Source: Octopus sinensis (taxonomy: Eukaryota). Taken from it: DNA of 64,000 nucleotides. The stretch is from assembly GCF_006345805.1 (NCBI RefSeq), contig NC_043011.1, positions 3,038,001-3,102,000 of the forward strand. The letters are read 5' to 3'. Positions 27,090 to 41,655 of this stretch are shown here, piece after piece; positions within the stretch are counted from its first letter, which is position 1, and every line of letters begins with the position of its first letter. Under the pieces are notes generated by a model that searched no databases, had not been told where the DNA came from, and was given only the letters and a program-made list of their open reading frames with translations. Position numbers and translations under genes: made by a program.

Positions 27090-28206
27090 ACGCTCTAAGT
27101 GTTCTGCATGACTATCATTCCAGAAACATACCTAACCATTGATCAAATGATGGTGCCATTCAAGGACCACTATAGGTCTAAAATTTATATGCCAAAGAAG
27201 CCTGTTAAGTGGAAGCATAAGATATGGTGTCACGTAGGAATATCAGGATACATTTACAATTTTGAAGTCTTCTGCTGGGAAAAGGACCACTTGAAAATTT
27301 GGTGTCAGTATGAGATGGAGAGAGTAAAACTGTGGTGCTATGTCTTACAAAGGATCTTGAAAAGGATAAGCTTAAGATTTTTTTTTGGTAACTTCTTTGC
27401 AAGCCCTGAAGTCATGATTCAGCTTAGACATCAAGGAATATTTGCTGTTGGCATACTCAGAACTGATAGGTCAAAAGATTGCCCTGTACCTACAAAATCT
27501 GCAATGAGTTGGTTGAATGTAAAAATCACGAGATGAAAGTTCCCCATCCTGCAAGTGTTGAAATCTGCACTTTCTCCATGATAGATGAAGCTGATATGCT
27601 CCTCTCATTTAACTGAACCAAGAAGCATACCAGGAAATGATATCAGAGTATTGTTTTTCATATGATTTTGTTAGCTGTTGTCGGTCTACCACCAACTCAG
27701 AGGTCCCAGTCCTTTGAGTGATTTTGACACTGATATTTGCAGAAGCCTGCTCCAGAGAGAAAACAATATTGACAGTGAAGATGCAAATAATATTCTTGCC
27801 AAGAAAGTACAATAAGTGAAAGCATCAGTAGTTCCAGAATTGGTTCCTTTTAACAATAAAACCCACCACTAACTGGTGTAAGATGGATGGTTAAAGCTGT
27901 CAAACAAAATTTATTTATTCCATGTATCAGGTGTATCTGTGTGTGGCAAAAGGTAGAGAAACCTTTTCCTGAAATTTTCATGGAACTGCTTTGTGCTTGT
28001 GTATTTCATTTTAGCAATCACGTAACATACATTTGCTCTTAGAAAGGAAAGTTTCTTTCGACTTTTTTTTTATTTTTGTTCCTCATGTAAGTTTAAATGT
28101 ACAAAAATTAATATCCTATTTTCATGATTGCAAACAAAACCCAGTACTGACTTTTTGTTAGTTTTGATCTAAATTGCAACCTATATAGGTCACAGGTCTT
28201 ATAGGG
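27090..28206 (+). mobile_element. piggyBac transposon remnant (catalytic region to right end)
   Basis: ORF 27099..27536 has TIDQMMVPFKD..KIYMPKKPVKW..SGYIYNFEV and GNFFAS (DNFF-like), which are PGBD signatures. The right end is ...AGGG|TTAA at 28204-28210. The left end was not found. Confidence 0.82.
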
Positions 28207-28559
28207 TTAAAACACATAGAAGCATTTGATTTTTTATATTCTGACATGAAAGGAAGTTATAAAACCAGTTATAAACATTTAATGTTTGTTTACTTTGTAT
28301 TTTGAGGTGTCTCATATACATGAACACACATGACATACACACATACATACACAGCATACATACACACATTTGTAAATACATGCATGTGTGTATGTACACG
28401 TATGTGTGTGTGCATGTGTGAGTGTGTGTGATGTTTTTAGGTACATATTTTTACATTAGACCTACCCTTCAAACATAATGGCTTGTATCAATGTTGAGGA
28501 ATTATTATTTGTGTCATTTCACAAAAGAAAAAGAAAACTGATACACCTCAATATATATA

Positions 28560-29712
28560 AAGGGGTTGGACAAAATAATGGAAACACCCAACATCATAAT
28601 TTTGAAATATCTATAAAACCATCAATACCATGTTTATTTTTATGTTTTTTTTTATTTATTATTAGTATTGTTTAATATGTTTTGCTAAAATTGCTGTTTA
28701 TTTTCACATATCATCAGAAAAAGGTAATTAAAATTCATGAAAAGGACAGATCTATCAAACTTTCAAAGAGGTGAACTTGGATAAGTTGGCAGGTGCTAGC
28801 ATAATGAAAACAGCTGAAATGTTTGGTGTATCAAGAAGTACTGTCTTGAAAGTAATGACAGCCTTTGAAAAAGAAGGAAAAACGTCCTCATCAAAACATA
28901 ACTCCAGAAGAAAACCGAAACTTTCAGATAGGGACCGTCAGATTCTTATGCAAATTGTTAGCAAATTGTTATGCAATCAAAAAAACCACTACTTTCAAAA
29001 ACAAAAGTTGCAAAGCATTTGGAGTGGAATAAAAACCTACAGAATTGGTCCCTAGAGCAGTGGAAGAATGTTATTTTCTCAGACGAGTCATCCTTTACCT
29101 TACTTCTGACCACCAGCTGAGTATTTGTGTGGAGACAGTCAAAAGAAGCATTTGACTCAGACTGCCTTCTTCCAACTGTCAAACATGGAGGAGCATCTGT
29201 GATGATCTGGTGGGCTATATCTTGGAAATCTGCCAGCCCTATGGTTTCCCTTCATGGCAGAATTAATAGTCAAGACTATTTAAGCATTTTATCTGATCAA
29301 ATTCATCCTATGGTTGCGGAACTGTTTCCAGAAGGAAACACAATCTTTCAGGATGATAATGCACCAATTCACACAGCTAAAAATGTTGCTGAATGGCAAG
29401 AGGAACATTTGTGTGAAGTTGAACATCTTATCTGGCCACCACAGTCCCCAGATCTCAATATTATTGAACATTTATGGTGCATTTTAGAAAAGCAAGTAAG
29501 GAGTTCATATCCCCCATCATCATCACTACAAGTACTGGAGACAGTTCTAGCTGAAGAATGGACAAAAATTGCTTTGGAAACAATTCAAACTTTGTACGAG
29601 TCCATACCTCATAGAATTCAAGCAGTAATTACTGCCAAAGGCAGTCCTACCCTATATTGAAATAAATTTGCTTGAAATTCTAAGGCGTTTCCATTATTTT
29701 GTCTAACCCCTG
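28560..29712 (+). mobile_element. Tc1-like transposon with DD36E spacing (Incomer-like), both TIRs, internal deletion
   Basis: 29-bp TIRs (aaggggttggacaaaataatggaaacacc versus the reverse complement of the right end, caggggttagacaaaataatggaaacgcc), TA on both sides, 1153 bp. Confidence 0.9.
28743..29660 (+). pseudogene. Tc1-family transposase pseudogene
   Basis: HTH region (AEMFGVSRSTVLKV), VIFSDES, KHGGASVMIW, FQDDNAPIH and WPPQSPDLNIIEHLW. The start codon is lost, there is a deletion/frameshift near 28960 and an in-frame TGA near 29118. Confidence 0.9.
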
Positions 29713-29714
29713 TA

Positions 29715-29758
<44 letters not shown>

Positions 29759-30610
29759 ACTACACAAATTATCTTTTTTTTAAATTTATTTTTGCTACCT
29801 GTTTTGTAACAACTTAATATGTATTTTCATTGTATGAATGAAAGAGCCCTAGTGGCAATAATGTAGAAAAGATTATTGTTATTTTTAAAATGGCAGCACA
29901 TATAAAATCCACTCTGGCTTTATGCCAGTAAGGCCATTTAAAAATCACACACACTTTTCCAAATGAATGGTCTAAATTTGCAACATTTTCTGAGAGCAAC
30001 AAGACACCCGCTGAAATTGTTATTCTCATACTCTGAGCACAGAATGGGCTATATGTTCATTCCAAATTTTACTTCGTATTATTTTTATTTTATTTTGTAA
30101 CATAGCTAAATTGCTTTTTAAACAAGCAGGTAGTGGATATAACAGAATGTGTATCTTAGGGTATCTGAGAAAAAATGGTTGAATATAAGATGATAACAGG
30201 AACAAAGGTAAGCTAAACAAAATCAGTGGGCTACTGTCAGGACAATTGTAGATTAAGTCAATGCCACTGAAAATTTTTATCATTTTTATCATCACTGTTA
30301 CTTTGATAATTGAAAATGAGAGAAATTCTTGCATTCTAGTTGAAATACTTGAAATATTTCAGTTTATCTTTCTTGAAGTAAAAACATAACCATAGAAATT
30401 AGTTTACCTATCATAAAATCAATACTAATAACACAGAAAGGTTAATCTAATAATCTCCTTCCTTTCGTTATTTTCAAAAGAAAAAGTTGGCCTTATGTCT
30501 ATTGAAATATAAAAAATAAAAATCTTTATTGTTGTATTACCTGTCAGACAGCAAAATGTCACTGACTGTCTCTACTCTTTAAACTCTTTATCTCATGAAA
30601 AAGCAATATA

Positions 30611-31874
30611 CAAGTGTGGGCTGAACAGTTCATAGGCTGTCTATGAACTAAGTGATGCTAGAACTGTGAAATCTTGCATACATTAATTTCATCTCTACTT
30701 CTTAATAAATGCATTGTTACTTTTCAGGTAAACTGACACTTGACTGTTCAAAGAAGGCTTCAAAACTAGCTGCTAGCGACTTCTTTTGAAAATCTGGTAC
30801 CAGTAGAAAAAAGTGCTTTGCCCCCAAGGACATTTATGATCACAAGCTTGCTACTCTAGGAAATGATGTCCCAGCTTTATCAACAGTGCAAAAGTGGGTA
30901 GCTGAATTTAGGAAGGGAAGAGAGTCTTGAAGATGACTCAAGGTCTGGATTCTGGACTTCCTGCAACTGCCATCACCGAGGAAAACATTGATCATGTTCA
31001 CATCACATGGTTATAGATGACAGGCGATTGGCAATAAATCAAATAGCCAATGCTATTAGCATATGCTGTAAGAGAGTTGATAATATTCTGCATGATGAAC
31101 TTGGCATGTTGAAGGTTTCTGCTCAGTGGGTGCCACACCTTCTGACATCTGATCAGAAGCACATGAGGTCACAGGAAAATCTGACATTGTTTGAGACGGA
31201 TCCAGCTGGTTTCCATGAACATTGCCTAATCCAGGATGTGTTGGGTTCATCACTTTGAATGAGAGATCAAGAGACAATCCATGCAGTGGTAAACACTTTT
31301 CTCACCAGCTCCAAAGTTGGCTAAGGTGGTTTCATCTGCAGAGAATGTGATGGCCTCAGATTTTTAGCATGCAAAAGGCATTGTGGTAATTGACTATCTT
31401 GAAAAGGAACACAAAATCAACGAAGAGTACAATGCCAACTTTCTGAGAGTTGTTAAGAAAGGCTATCAAGACTAAACACTCAGGAAAACTGAAGAAAAGG
31501 GATCCTGTTTCATCAGGACAATGCACCAGCATGCAAGCTTTTGCTTTCAATGGCTGTTGTGCATGACTGTGGCTTTGAACTGGTTGACTGGACTTCTTAT
31601 TCTCCTGGTTTGGCCCTCATCTCATTATAATCTGTTCCCCAGCATGAAAACACTAGGATGAGGACCAGTATTGCAGTGTTGATAACATATTTGCTGTTGA
31701 TGATGCTTCTGAGCAACAAGATGAAAGCTTCTTCACCAATAGGGTCCATGCATTGCAACACTGATGGAAGAAGTGTGCATATCACAAACGGAACCATTTT
31801 GCAAAATAAGCCTCATTTAGTCACATTTTATGAAAATATCTTGGTCAGCCCATGAACTTTTGAGCCACCCCTCA
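30611..31874 (+). mobile_element. Mariner (DD34D-type) transposon, near full length, heavily decayed
   Basis: Left TIR caagtgtgggctgaacagttc and right TIR gaacttttgagccacccctca. Remnants KVSAQWVPHLL, HQDNAP and YSP(G)LA. Homologous to 20114-21165. Confidence 0.85.
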
Positions 31875-32780
31875 TTCATCAAATTTCTATAATTTCTCAC
31901 ATTTTGTAAATCTGAATCGTCACAGTTTACTTTCATCTTGTTAGTCTGTAAAAATGAAATGGAAAGCTGCCCCAGCAGGATTTGAACTCAGAGTATGAAA
32001 AGAACTCAGAGTACAAAAAAGTATATAAATGTAGTATCGAACCATCCACCCTCAATAATACGGGATTATATAAGAATATTTAGGCGATCTACTAAAGAAA
32101 TTTTTGAATCACATGCGCCATATTACAATACTGCTGTAGCTAGGGCTGGCTATTGACAGAAAATTCATGTGTCTTTTATCCATTTCCTAGTCTAATCTGT
32201 GCCTAAAATTGAACCAGTCATGTGTTGGGGCTGGTTAATTCAATTAAATCCGAGGTACCTCACTTATCATCTCATAAACAGTTGAAATAGTAGATCACAC
32301 TTTCTCTCAATTTTTAAAAATTTCTTTCATTCTTTGAACTGTGACCATACTGGGGCATCACCTTCAAGGATTTCAGTTAAACATGTTGATCCTTATTTTT
32401 GTTAAAAAAACTAGTACTTACTTTAGGGATTTGTAGTTATGCCACGTATACTTGTAAAGCATTAGTTAGCCCAAGGATAAAGTAGAATAGACACACACCC
32501 TAGTGCCATACAGTGGGGTTGAACTTGAGACTAAATAATTGTAAAGTAAAGTTCTTTAACACACAGGCATGCTTTTAGTTTCAGTATGTTGCCAAACTGA
32601 ATAATTTACAATGTCATGTTTCATTCTCTACATTGTAAGTTCAAAATTTACAAGTGTCTGTTATATTTCATGTTCTTCAAGGGATTGCTGAAATAAGTAC
32701 CAGGCTTGTATTGGGCTTCATTCAAGTAGCTACAATCTTCAAGAAATATATGCGTTTGGGTCAATTTATCATTCGTTTAT

Positions 32781-33180
32781 CTTTTACTTGTTTCAGCCAG
32801 TGGAGTGTGACCATGCTGGAGCATCATCTTGAAGGGTTTAGTCAAAAAAGTCAGCCCAGTACATATTTTTAAGCTTGCTACTTATTCCATCTATCTTTTT
32901 TGCCAAACTGCTAAGTTACGGGGATGTAAAAAAAAACCTGGTTGTCAAGCAGTTGGGGAGGACAAACACGAAAACAAAGATACAAACACACATAAAAATC
33001 TATTGATAAATATCTATGACAGGCTTCTTTCAGTTTCTGTCCACCAAATTCATTCACAAGGCATTTATTTATCCATAGCTATAGTAGAAGAAACTTGCCC
33101 AAGGTGCTATACGGCAGGTCTGAGCCAAAAACGATGTGGTTGAGAAGTAAACCTCTTACCATACAACTGTGCTTGTGCCA
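32781..33180 (-). mobile_element. SINE family A, full length, diverged
   Basis: Aligns end to end with 43534-43920. Confidence 0.8.
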
Positions 33181-34242
33181 ATGTTGAAAAATTTTTTCCA
33201 TTTCTACTTTTCCCCCTTATCATCGTCATCGTCATCATTATCATCATCATCATCATCATCAAGTTCATCATTATTGTTTTTGTTATTACAAAAATTCAAA
33301 AGCTTGTTGAAAATTTGTCATATTATAAAAAATTGCATATTCAGTAAGAGACTGAATGAAAATAACAAATCTAAAAGGAACCAATGAAATCTTTGGCTTT
33401 TAGATTGACATTACAGAAAATCTGAAATTTGTGTGGTAACAATGAATTTAATTTATCCGTGTTTACCATGTAACATGGCAGAACAAAGAGTGAAGAATAG
33501 CTGACATCTCACTAACGTAAATTAAAAATTTATTTACTATTCTTATCAGACCAGTAAAACTTAATCAGAAATTTAATTAATTGGCAACATCTATTGGGAT
33601 GAAATCTCACAGTATAATAGAACTTTCCTCCCTAAAACCAATTGCTTAAAAGAGAGAGGAGAAGAGGCAGAGGGCAAGAAACAGAGAGAAAAAGATGAAG
33701 GGAAAAGGAGAAATGTTACTGATTATTGGAGTAAAATTAGAAATTTTTTCAAACTTGAGCCAATGCCATAACCATCATCATCATCTCGATCACTACCACC
33801 ACCACCATTCTTCCCCTGTTGGCTTCACTATTATCATTATCATCATCATCATCATCGTCCTCCTCCTCCTCCTCCTCCTCCTCATCATCATCATCATCAT
33901 CATCGTCACTAGTAGTATCATTGCTGATAATAACTTATGATTGTTTGTCATGGAAATGGCTCTGGCAGCAGAGTGAATTATGGGTATTGCAGTAGTTTGG
34001 TTGGCAATTCAAAGGGAAGACTGTAAGTTCATACTGGGCAATGGCTGGTTCATTCAAGAATCGTTAATGCAACTGTGTTGCTAGATTCCAGAAAATTAAC
34101 AAGAGACATTCAACATCTTTGGCTAATTGTCTGTGACAACGTAAGGAAGATAAAATTAAGTGTAACATAATTTGGCCCATAGATAATATTAGGTATAACA
34201 TAATTTGGCATGCAAAACTATATATATCATTTCCATGAAGAC

Positions 34243-34472
34243 GGCGAGCTGGCAGAAACATTAGCACGCCGGGCGAAATGTATAGCCGTATTTCGTCTGC
34301 CGTTACATTCTGAGTTCAAATTCCGTCGAGGTCGACTTTACCTTTCTTCCTTTCAGGGTCGATAAATTAAGTACCAGTTACGCACTGGGGTCAATGTAAT
34401 CGACTTAATCCCTTTTTCCGCCGTCCTTGTTTGTCCTCTCTATGTTTAGCCCCTTGTAGGTAGTAAAGAAAT
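34243..34472 (+). mobile_element. SINE family C, young
   Basis: CpG-rich and near-identical to 7454-7686. Confidence 0.88.
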
Positions 34473-34809
34473 ATATATATATTATTTCCAGGTGATGCCA
34501 ACTCTGCTCTGAGGAATCCCTGTCTATTCTGTGGGCCAATGAGAATATCATTGATAGAATTTCTGAAAGACTCCCAAGATGCTTACATGCATATAAATGC
34601 ACTTTCACACAATGCAATGGGAATGAATCTGAGTAACCATTAACCTAATTAATAATCATAATTCTCCTTCAGGTATGGATGAACTAAGTTCAGTTCTAAC
34701 CTCCACGTGCTTATAAACACCAAGTATCTATTCAACTTAATATGTGAACATATGTGTGCCGAATCACATGTACACATATGCTTATATCTTTGTGGATGTT
34801 TGTATGGAT

Positions 34810-35636
34810 ACTCTTTACTCTTTTACTCTTTTACTTGTTTCAGTCATTTGACTGCGGCCATGCTGCAGCACCGCCTTTAAATCGAGCAACTCGACCCCGG
34901 GACTTATTCTTTTCTAAGCCCAGTACTTATTCTATCGGTCTCTTTTGCCGAACCGCTAAGAGACGGGGACGTAAACACACCAGCATCGGTGGTCAAGCAA
35001 TGCTAGGGGACAAACACAGACACACAAACACACACACGCATATATATGGTGGAAGCACTCCGTCGGTTACGACGATGAGGGTTCCGGTTGATCCAAATCA
35101 ACGGAACAGCCTGCTCGTGAAATTAACATGTAAGTGGCTGAGCACTCCACAGACACGTGCACCCTTAACGTAGTTCTCAGGGATATTCAGCATGACACAG
35201 AGAGTGACAAGGCCGGCCCCTTGAAATACAGGTACAACAGAAACAGGAAGTAAGAGTGGAGTGAGAGAAAGTTGAGGTGAAAGAGTACAACAGGGGTCGC
35301 CACCACCCTCTGCCGGAGCCTCGTGGTGCTTTAGGTGTTTTCGCTCTATAAACACACACAACGCCCGGTCTGGGAATCAAAACTGCGATCCTTCGACCGC
35401 GAGTCCGCTGCCCTAACCACTGGGCCATTGCGCCTCCACACGCGTATATATATATATATATATACATATATACGACGGGCTTCTTTCAGTTTCCGTCTAC
35501 CAAATCCACTCACAAGGCTTTGGTCGGCCCGAGGCTATAGTAGAAGACACTTGCCCAAGATGCCACACAATTGGACTGAACCCGGAACCATGTGGTTCGT
35601 AAGCAGGCTACTTACCACACAGCCACTCCTGCGCCT
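34810..35636 (-). mobile_element. SINE family A split by a nested B1 SINE
   Basis: 3' half at 34810-35040 and 5' half at 35473-35636. The break is at the internal microsatellite. Confidence 0.88.
35050..35437 (-). mobile_element. SINE family B1, full length, nested
   Basis: Full head to tail, flanked by cacgcatatat and cacgcgtatat. Confidence 0.92.
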
Positions 35637-36070
35637 ATTATGTATTTGTTTCTAGTTTGCAACTGTTATTTTTTATTGTTGATCTTCTATATAAATGAAA
35701 CTACATATTTTAAGTTGCTGCTTTTCTTTACATGAACCAAAAAGACACCTTGTGGAACATTCATTATTTTAGTGAGTAATATCTAATTATCACCCAAAGA
35801 GACACACCTACACTGAAGTATTCCAACCATATTAAATATCCCATCCATGAGGGATTGATGCCTGATGGATTGAAACAATTGTAGAGATTAATAGAAATTC
35901 TTATCTTCCATCTTACATCTCTTTCATTAACCAAATAAATATGTATAGTTCTATATTTAAGAGATGAGGAATTATGTACATTATTTATAACATTTACATT
36001 ATCTACATTTGACAGATATTTATAGAACCTGGGTTCTCATTCCTAAAATATTTTTCGATGTTATTATTAT

Positions 36071-36215
36071 ATGGTGTAGAGGTTAAGAGCGCGGGCTACT
36101 AAACCCAAGATTCTGAGTTCGATTCCAGGCGGCTGACCTGAATAATAATAATAATCATAACATCGAAAAATATCTTAGGAATAAGAACCCAGGTTCGAAA
36201 TTCTTCCAAGACACC
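36071..36215 (+). mobile_element. tRNA-like SINE head (family F) with downstream body, truncated
   Basis: tggtgtagaggttaagagcgc..ctgagttcgattccagg (A/B-box-like), then (AAT)n and a 40-bp segment whose inverted copy lies at 36025-36064. Confidence 0.55.
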
Positions 36216-36959
36216 ACAATTTCTTAATTTGTAAATTTTTACAAATTTTTTTTTATCCATGTAGAAAATACAGAGATTACGAATCTGGGAAATATATATG
36301 TATGTGTAAGTAGCACTCACTCGGTCTCTCTCCCTCTGTCTCACAATCACACATCTTTTATATACACATACATAAATACATATGTATACAGCATTTTAAT
36401 ATATATTTGTGCATGTGCATATGCATGTGAGAGAGAGAGAGAGTGAGTGACTGTATGGATGTATTTTAAGGTACTCACTCATATAAAACATGTGATATTG
36501 TTGTTGTTGTTGTGCTATAAAATATTTACGATAGTTGACTTATAGAAAAGATTATAATGTAATATTTTGTAATGCAAATATGTAAGTGAAAATAAAATTT
36601 ATTTGGTTGTCATGAGATTACTGAATCTTTTGATACTCATACGTCAGAATCAGCAACTCAGTTTTTGAATGCATAAGGAAGCTATGCACACACACACACA
36701 CACGCACGCACGCACATACAAACTCTCTTTTATATATGTATAGAAGTGTCCCTCTCTGTTGCTCTCTATGTCTGTCTCACATTTCCTGTGTGTCTACCTC
36801 TTCCTGTCTCCTCCCCCTCCTTTATATCAGCCACCCTCATTATGCCACATTTCCCTGAACCTAAAACCTTGGCACCCCTCTCATTTTATCATGTAATAGC
36901 CCAACCCCTATAGTTGATCCATTATCGATTTTTATTGAAATCCAGTTAGCCTGTAATTG

Positions 36960-37070
36960 AACAGGATGTTAGTACAACATGTGTACAAAGTTTGGAGAAG
37001 ATTGGCTCCCTGGTTTGGGCAGCAAGATAGACAGACAGAAATTGCCATTTATACATGATATATATATATA
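36960..37070 (+). mobile_element. Possible non-autonomous Helitron/Helentron-type (DINE/Lep1-like) 3' fragment
   Basis: atgtgtacaaagtttggagaagattgg..ggtttgg..gacagacaga..tatata resembles those elements' ends. Assigned by recollection only. Confidence 0.35.
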
Positions 37071-37332
37071 TACTAACAATTTAATAAATAAAACATATGC
37101 TTACATACATACATATATGTACATACCTACATCTATATGTATATATACATGCATAAATGGGTACAGGACACCACAAATAAATGTAGAACACAACGAGAAA
37201 TGAAAACATAAAAACAAAACATGGAAACGGACTTTTTTTAACAACAAAAAAAACAGAGTACAAGACATATATATATATACAAATATATATATATATACAT
37301 TATCATTTTTATTATTATTATTATTATTATTA

Positions 37333-37374
<42 letters not shown>

Positions 37375-38581
37375 CATTATATATATATACACAGGCACAT
37401 ACATATATACTCATATATATACATACACATATATATACATATGCATACATTTATTTATATAAATATACATATATATGTATACATATATGTGAATATATAT
37501 AAATATATATGAATGCATATGTAAGTATGTTTGTAGGTATGTATATGTATTTGCATATATAAAATATGCTTTCCACCTCATGCATACAGTACTACTATGA
37601 CAACTATTCAGTACCAATTAAACTAAATTTAGCATATAACATTTAATAACATGTATAAGTAAGAATGAATGAATAACAGTGAAACCCATTAAGCTGCAGT
37701 AACTGGGAAATCATCAGATTGAAACAAAACAAGATACGAGTTGCAGACCTAATATAATGAACAATATTCCATGCTTGAATACGAGCATATGGGGAATGAT
37801 TTTCCTACATATATTCTAGGAAATGCTGTTAAATTACATCTTATATAATTGATGCTACTAAGTTACAGTTTGTTGCATATATCTTCCATGTTAATTGAGT
37901 GGGATCTCACAAAAGTAGGCAAAGTCTGCTGAAATTTCAATCTGAAATTGGTTCCTTTTTAGCATCTTGTTTTTGTATTACCTAACAGAATGTCTCATAT
38001 CACCCACTATATTCATCTCATGACATCCTCATGTGACAGCTCACTAACTTCAAACTTTCTAGTCATAGAGATTTTTTTTCATCTATTTCACACATTTTCT
38101 TGTATAATACTAGTAATTTTGTAATGTTCACTCTAGGCTGCGACACATCCTGTTACTGGAATCTCTCTCTACATCTTATTCCAGATCTGTTCTGATATTG
38201 CTTCAGGCAGAAATATTTCCTAACAAATAGTGTGCTGTGTTTGTCATTAGTGCTTAGTTTCATCAGAAGTTCGAATAAAAATCCTTGCTATTGACATATT
38301 TATTTTTAGAATGTACTACTTATTGTCAAATTAGCTAAGATGCTAACAAGCTGAAAATACTATGCAATTTACTGGCGAGGATGTGTATATCCTCCTCATT
38401 ACTAACAATTTAACCAGTTTTTTTGCATATGTATGTGTATCTGTGAACCTATGTTTGTATAAAGGTATAAAATTTTTACAGTATTATCTATGCACATATT
38501 TACACACACACACACACAAGAAAAGCATATATATACATGTGTGTGTGTATATTTATATACATATATATATATATATATGTA

Positions 38582-38627
<46 letters not shown>

Positions 38628-38654
38628 GTGTATGTATATATATGTATATATATG

Positions 38655-38701
<47 letters not shown>

Positions 38702-39689
38702 TATATATATATATATATATACATGCACAAACACACACACACACATTCATATATATATATATGTGTGTATGTATGTGTGTGTGTATGTATACGTATGTGT
38801 TGACATAAAAAATATATGTGTACACATGCACACACATGCACACACATATGAGTAAATCTATGGTAGATGTATTTGTGCATACGTGCGTAGTTTAGGGAAA
38901 CAATATGAGACAAGCTCATTAATTTACAATTTCATTTCATGAAGGATCACACAATTTGGTTTATTAGTCTGCATGGAAATTTGAGACAATAAAATGTGCG
39001 GAATACGTGTGTACGTATGTTTGTATGTATGTATCTATGTATGTATGTATGTATGTATGTATGTGTGTGTATGTATGTATGTATGTATGTATGTATGTAT
39101 GTATTATGTATGTATGTGTGTATATTGTATGTATGTATGTATGCATGCATGCAGCTACATAAATAGAAGCAGTTCTCATGACTTGACTGTTCAACTTCCA
39201 TCTCTACACAAGTTTAGTGTGTACATGTGTACAGGTAATTCTTCGCATTCATTTGCTTTACTTCTGTATTTTTCTGACTTTCAAATTCTTTAGGACTGTG
39301 TACATGAATAATGCCAACACAGCCATACTCATACATACAAATACCCTACCACTCATGTGTGTGTGTATTTTTTCAGCCCCTTCGCTGAACTAGACTACAT
39401 CTCTCATGTGCTATGCTTGTCTCTCCTCCCACCTCCTGCAGCCCAACACTGCCTCCTCAACATTGCTGTCCACCCACTCCCCTATTTACCTGTGCTCACT
39501 CCTTACTGCTTCTCCTTTCTACTTCCCTCTTCCACCACCCTTCTTTTACACTCCCTATTCACTCACCCTGTATCACTCCACTTACATTCACCTCTTTGTA
39601 CCATGATAGTACACACCCCAGTACATCTTCCTTTTTCCTCTCTCTCTCTCTCTTTTCCCCCTCCTTATCTCTCTTTCTTCCTGGAGTAA

Positions 39690-39925
39690 CCATGTACCTC
39701 CTGTAGAGAAAGACACCTGTTTCGGCCCCTCTCTCACCATTTAGTCTCTCATCGCCAGGCACAAGGCTGCCTCCCTCAGTACCATTCTCCCTCTCAGTCA
39801 AGAAGTCTTAATTTTACAAATTACTTGGTGACCTCCCTGTTGTTGGTACCATGGAAAAAGCATCCAGTACATTGTAAAAGTAGTTGGTGTTAGGAAGGCC
39901 ATCTAGCTGTAAAAACCATGTCATT
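39690..39925 (+). mobile_element. Old RTE 3' UTR fragment
   Basis: aaaagcatccagtac..ttggtgttaggaaggccatctagctgtaaaaacc. Confidence 0.6.
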
Positions 39926-40160
39926 TTGAAAGCTGTCATTTAAAAACAAAATTAGGAAAATCCCTGAAAAACTTTTCTCCACAAATTTTTTTATAATCGT
40001 AATCTATGCTGTTTGAAAGGGATTTGTACAAACTTTAATTAAAAGATACCCATCGTATGAATTTTCCAAAACTCCTCACTTCACCCCCTTGGAAAAATTC
40101 TTCCTCATAAAGCCCTATATACTCTGAAGCCACAACACCTAAGCGGTATTTGTAGAAACT
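39925..40160 (-). repeat. Unclassified interspersed repeat, second copy at about 47615-47820 (+)
   Basis: aattaggaaaatccctgaaaaac..aatctatgctgtttgaaagggatt..aaaagataccc is the diverged reverse complement of the 47680-47790 region. Confidence 0.65.
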
Positions 40161-41596
40161 TTTGTTAAAACTTTTGTTAAAAAGTATCCATTTTTCTGGA
40201 TGTCATGAGGCAACAAATCTGGGGACTTATACATCTGTAGTAATGCCTTTTTATTTATACAGGTTTTTCATTTCGTGTTTATTTCACTCATTGTTTGCAA
40301 TGTTCTCTCTCCCTCCCCTCTCTCTCTCTCACACACACTGCAAAGCTTACAGAAGGGCTGCTGAATTGAAATCTCTATGTTGCTTTGAGGGAAAGGTAAA
40401 ACTTGAAAAACTGCTTCTCCCTCTGTTATTGGACTACCGTGATGTTTGTTTAAAAAGGAGAGATTATGACTGTAATAAAATAATGAAAGCAATATTTACT
40501 AAGCAAGTGAGCACTATTATTAAAAGAAATAATTAGACATAAAATATAAAAATCATTAGAATTGTGAAAATATTATCAAGGGGCTAGCAGTCTTTCTGCT
40601 TCTTTATATATATATAATTGTAGAGTGATAGATATGTATGTACTCAAGTGTGCACATATGTATGAAGATATGTACATTCACACATATCTATGTATGTATA
40701 TACAGTATGTATATGTGTAAGTATCTGTTTGAGAAATTTATATTAACCTGGAAATCTAGGTCTTTAAAAAAGAAATGCAAGCTTTTCTGAAATTTTTCCA
40801 AATTAATGTAAATTCTAACTGTGAGTATTAAACGTCAAGTAAACTGTGCAGTGAGATTCTACACTTCATATATAAGCAATGCAATCATCCTACGAACATA
40901 ATCAATAATTACCTAAAAAATATTTCCTTGAATTTATCTAAACAACCACACATGAACAATTTTAAACTTTTGAAATTATTGCCATGAATCCCTTATCTGT
41001 AGCAACCTTGAAGATAAACTACAATAAATTGGAAAACCACAAAGTCCCAAAGAAAAAGAAATACAATGTTGTTTATTCAGCTACAAAGCCTATTTCGAAT
41101 TATATCTGTAGTTAAAACATTCTTCTGTATACACACTCTTCCCCAGGTTGAGTGTAAACATCATGAAATATTTTTTAAATATGTATTAAGTTATACTTTT
41201 TTACACAGATCTTCATATAAAATTTATTAGATACAACTGGACTCACCATAACACTAGCTTAACTGACAATAAGTGTAAATTTAAAGATCTTGTGTACCAA
41301 GTTACTGCTGAGACAATAACCTAGCTATGTCGTACACTGACCTTAACATGAATCCATTAATTTCACAATACAACCAGCATCCTACAACTATCACAATCAG
41401 AATGACAGTAAGGACCTGTCCCTTTTGAATTTTTCACAAAACTAAAATTGAAAGTTATTAACCATATTCTAAAATAGAGGAACTTTTCTTTACTAAGTAT
41501 TTATTTTATTGTCCATAACTATAACCAAGATCTCCTGTATGCTAAAATATTTTTACTTAGGCACCACTCAGAATACTCATCTTCTTGGCTACACAG

Positions 41597-41655
<59 letters not shown>

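Noticed and set aside
38125-38280. Acceptor, short ORF and AATAAA (possible last exon)
   Set aside because: Two frames are equally plausible and there is no other support.
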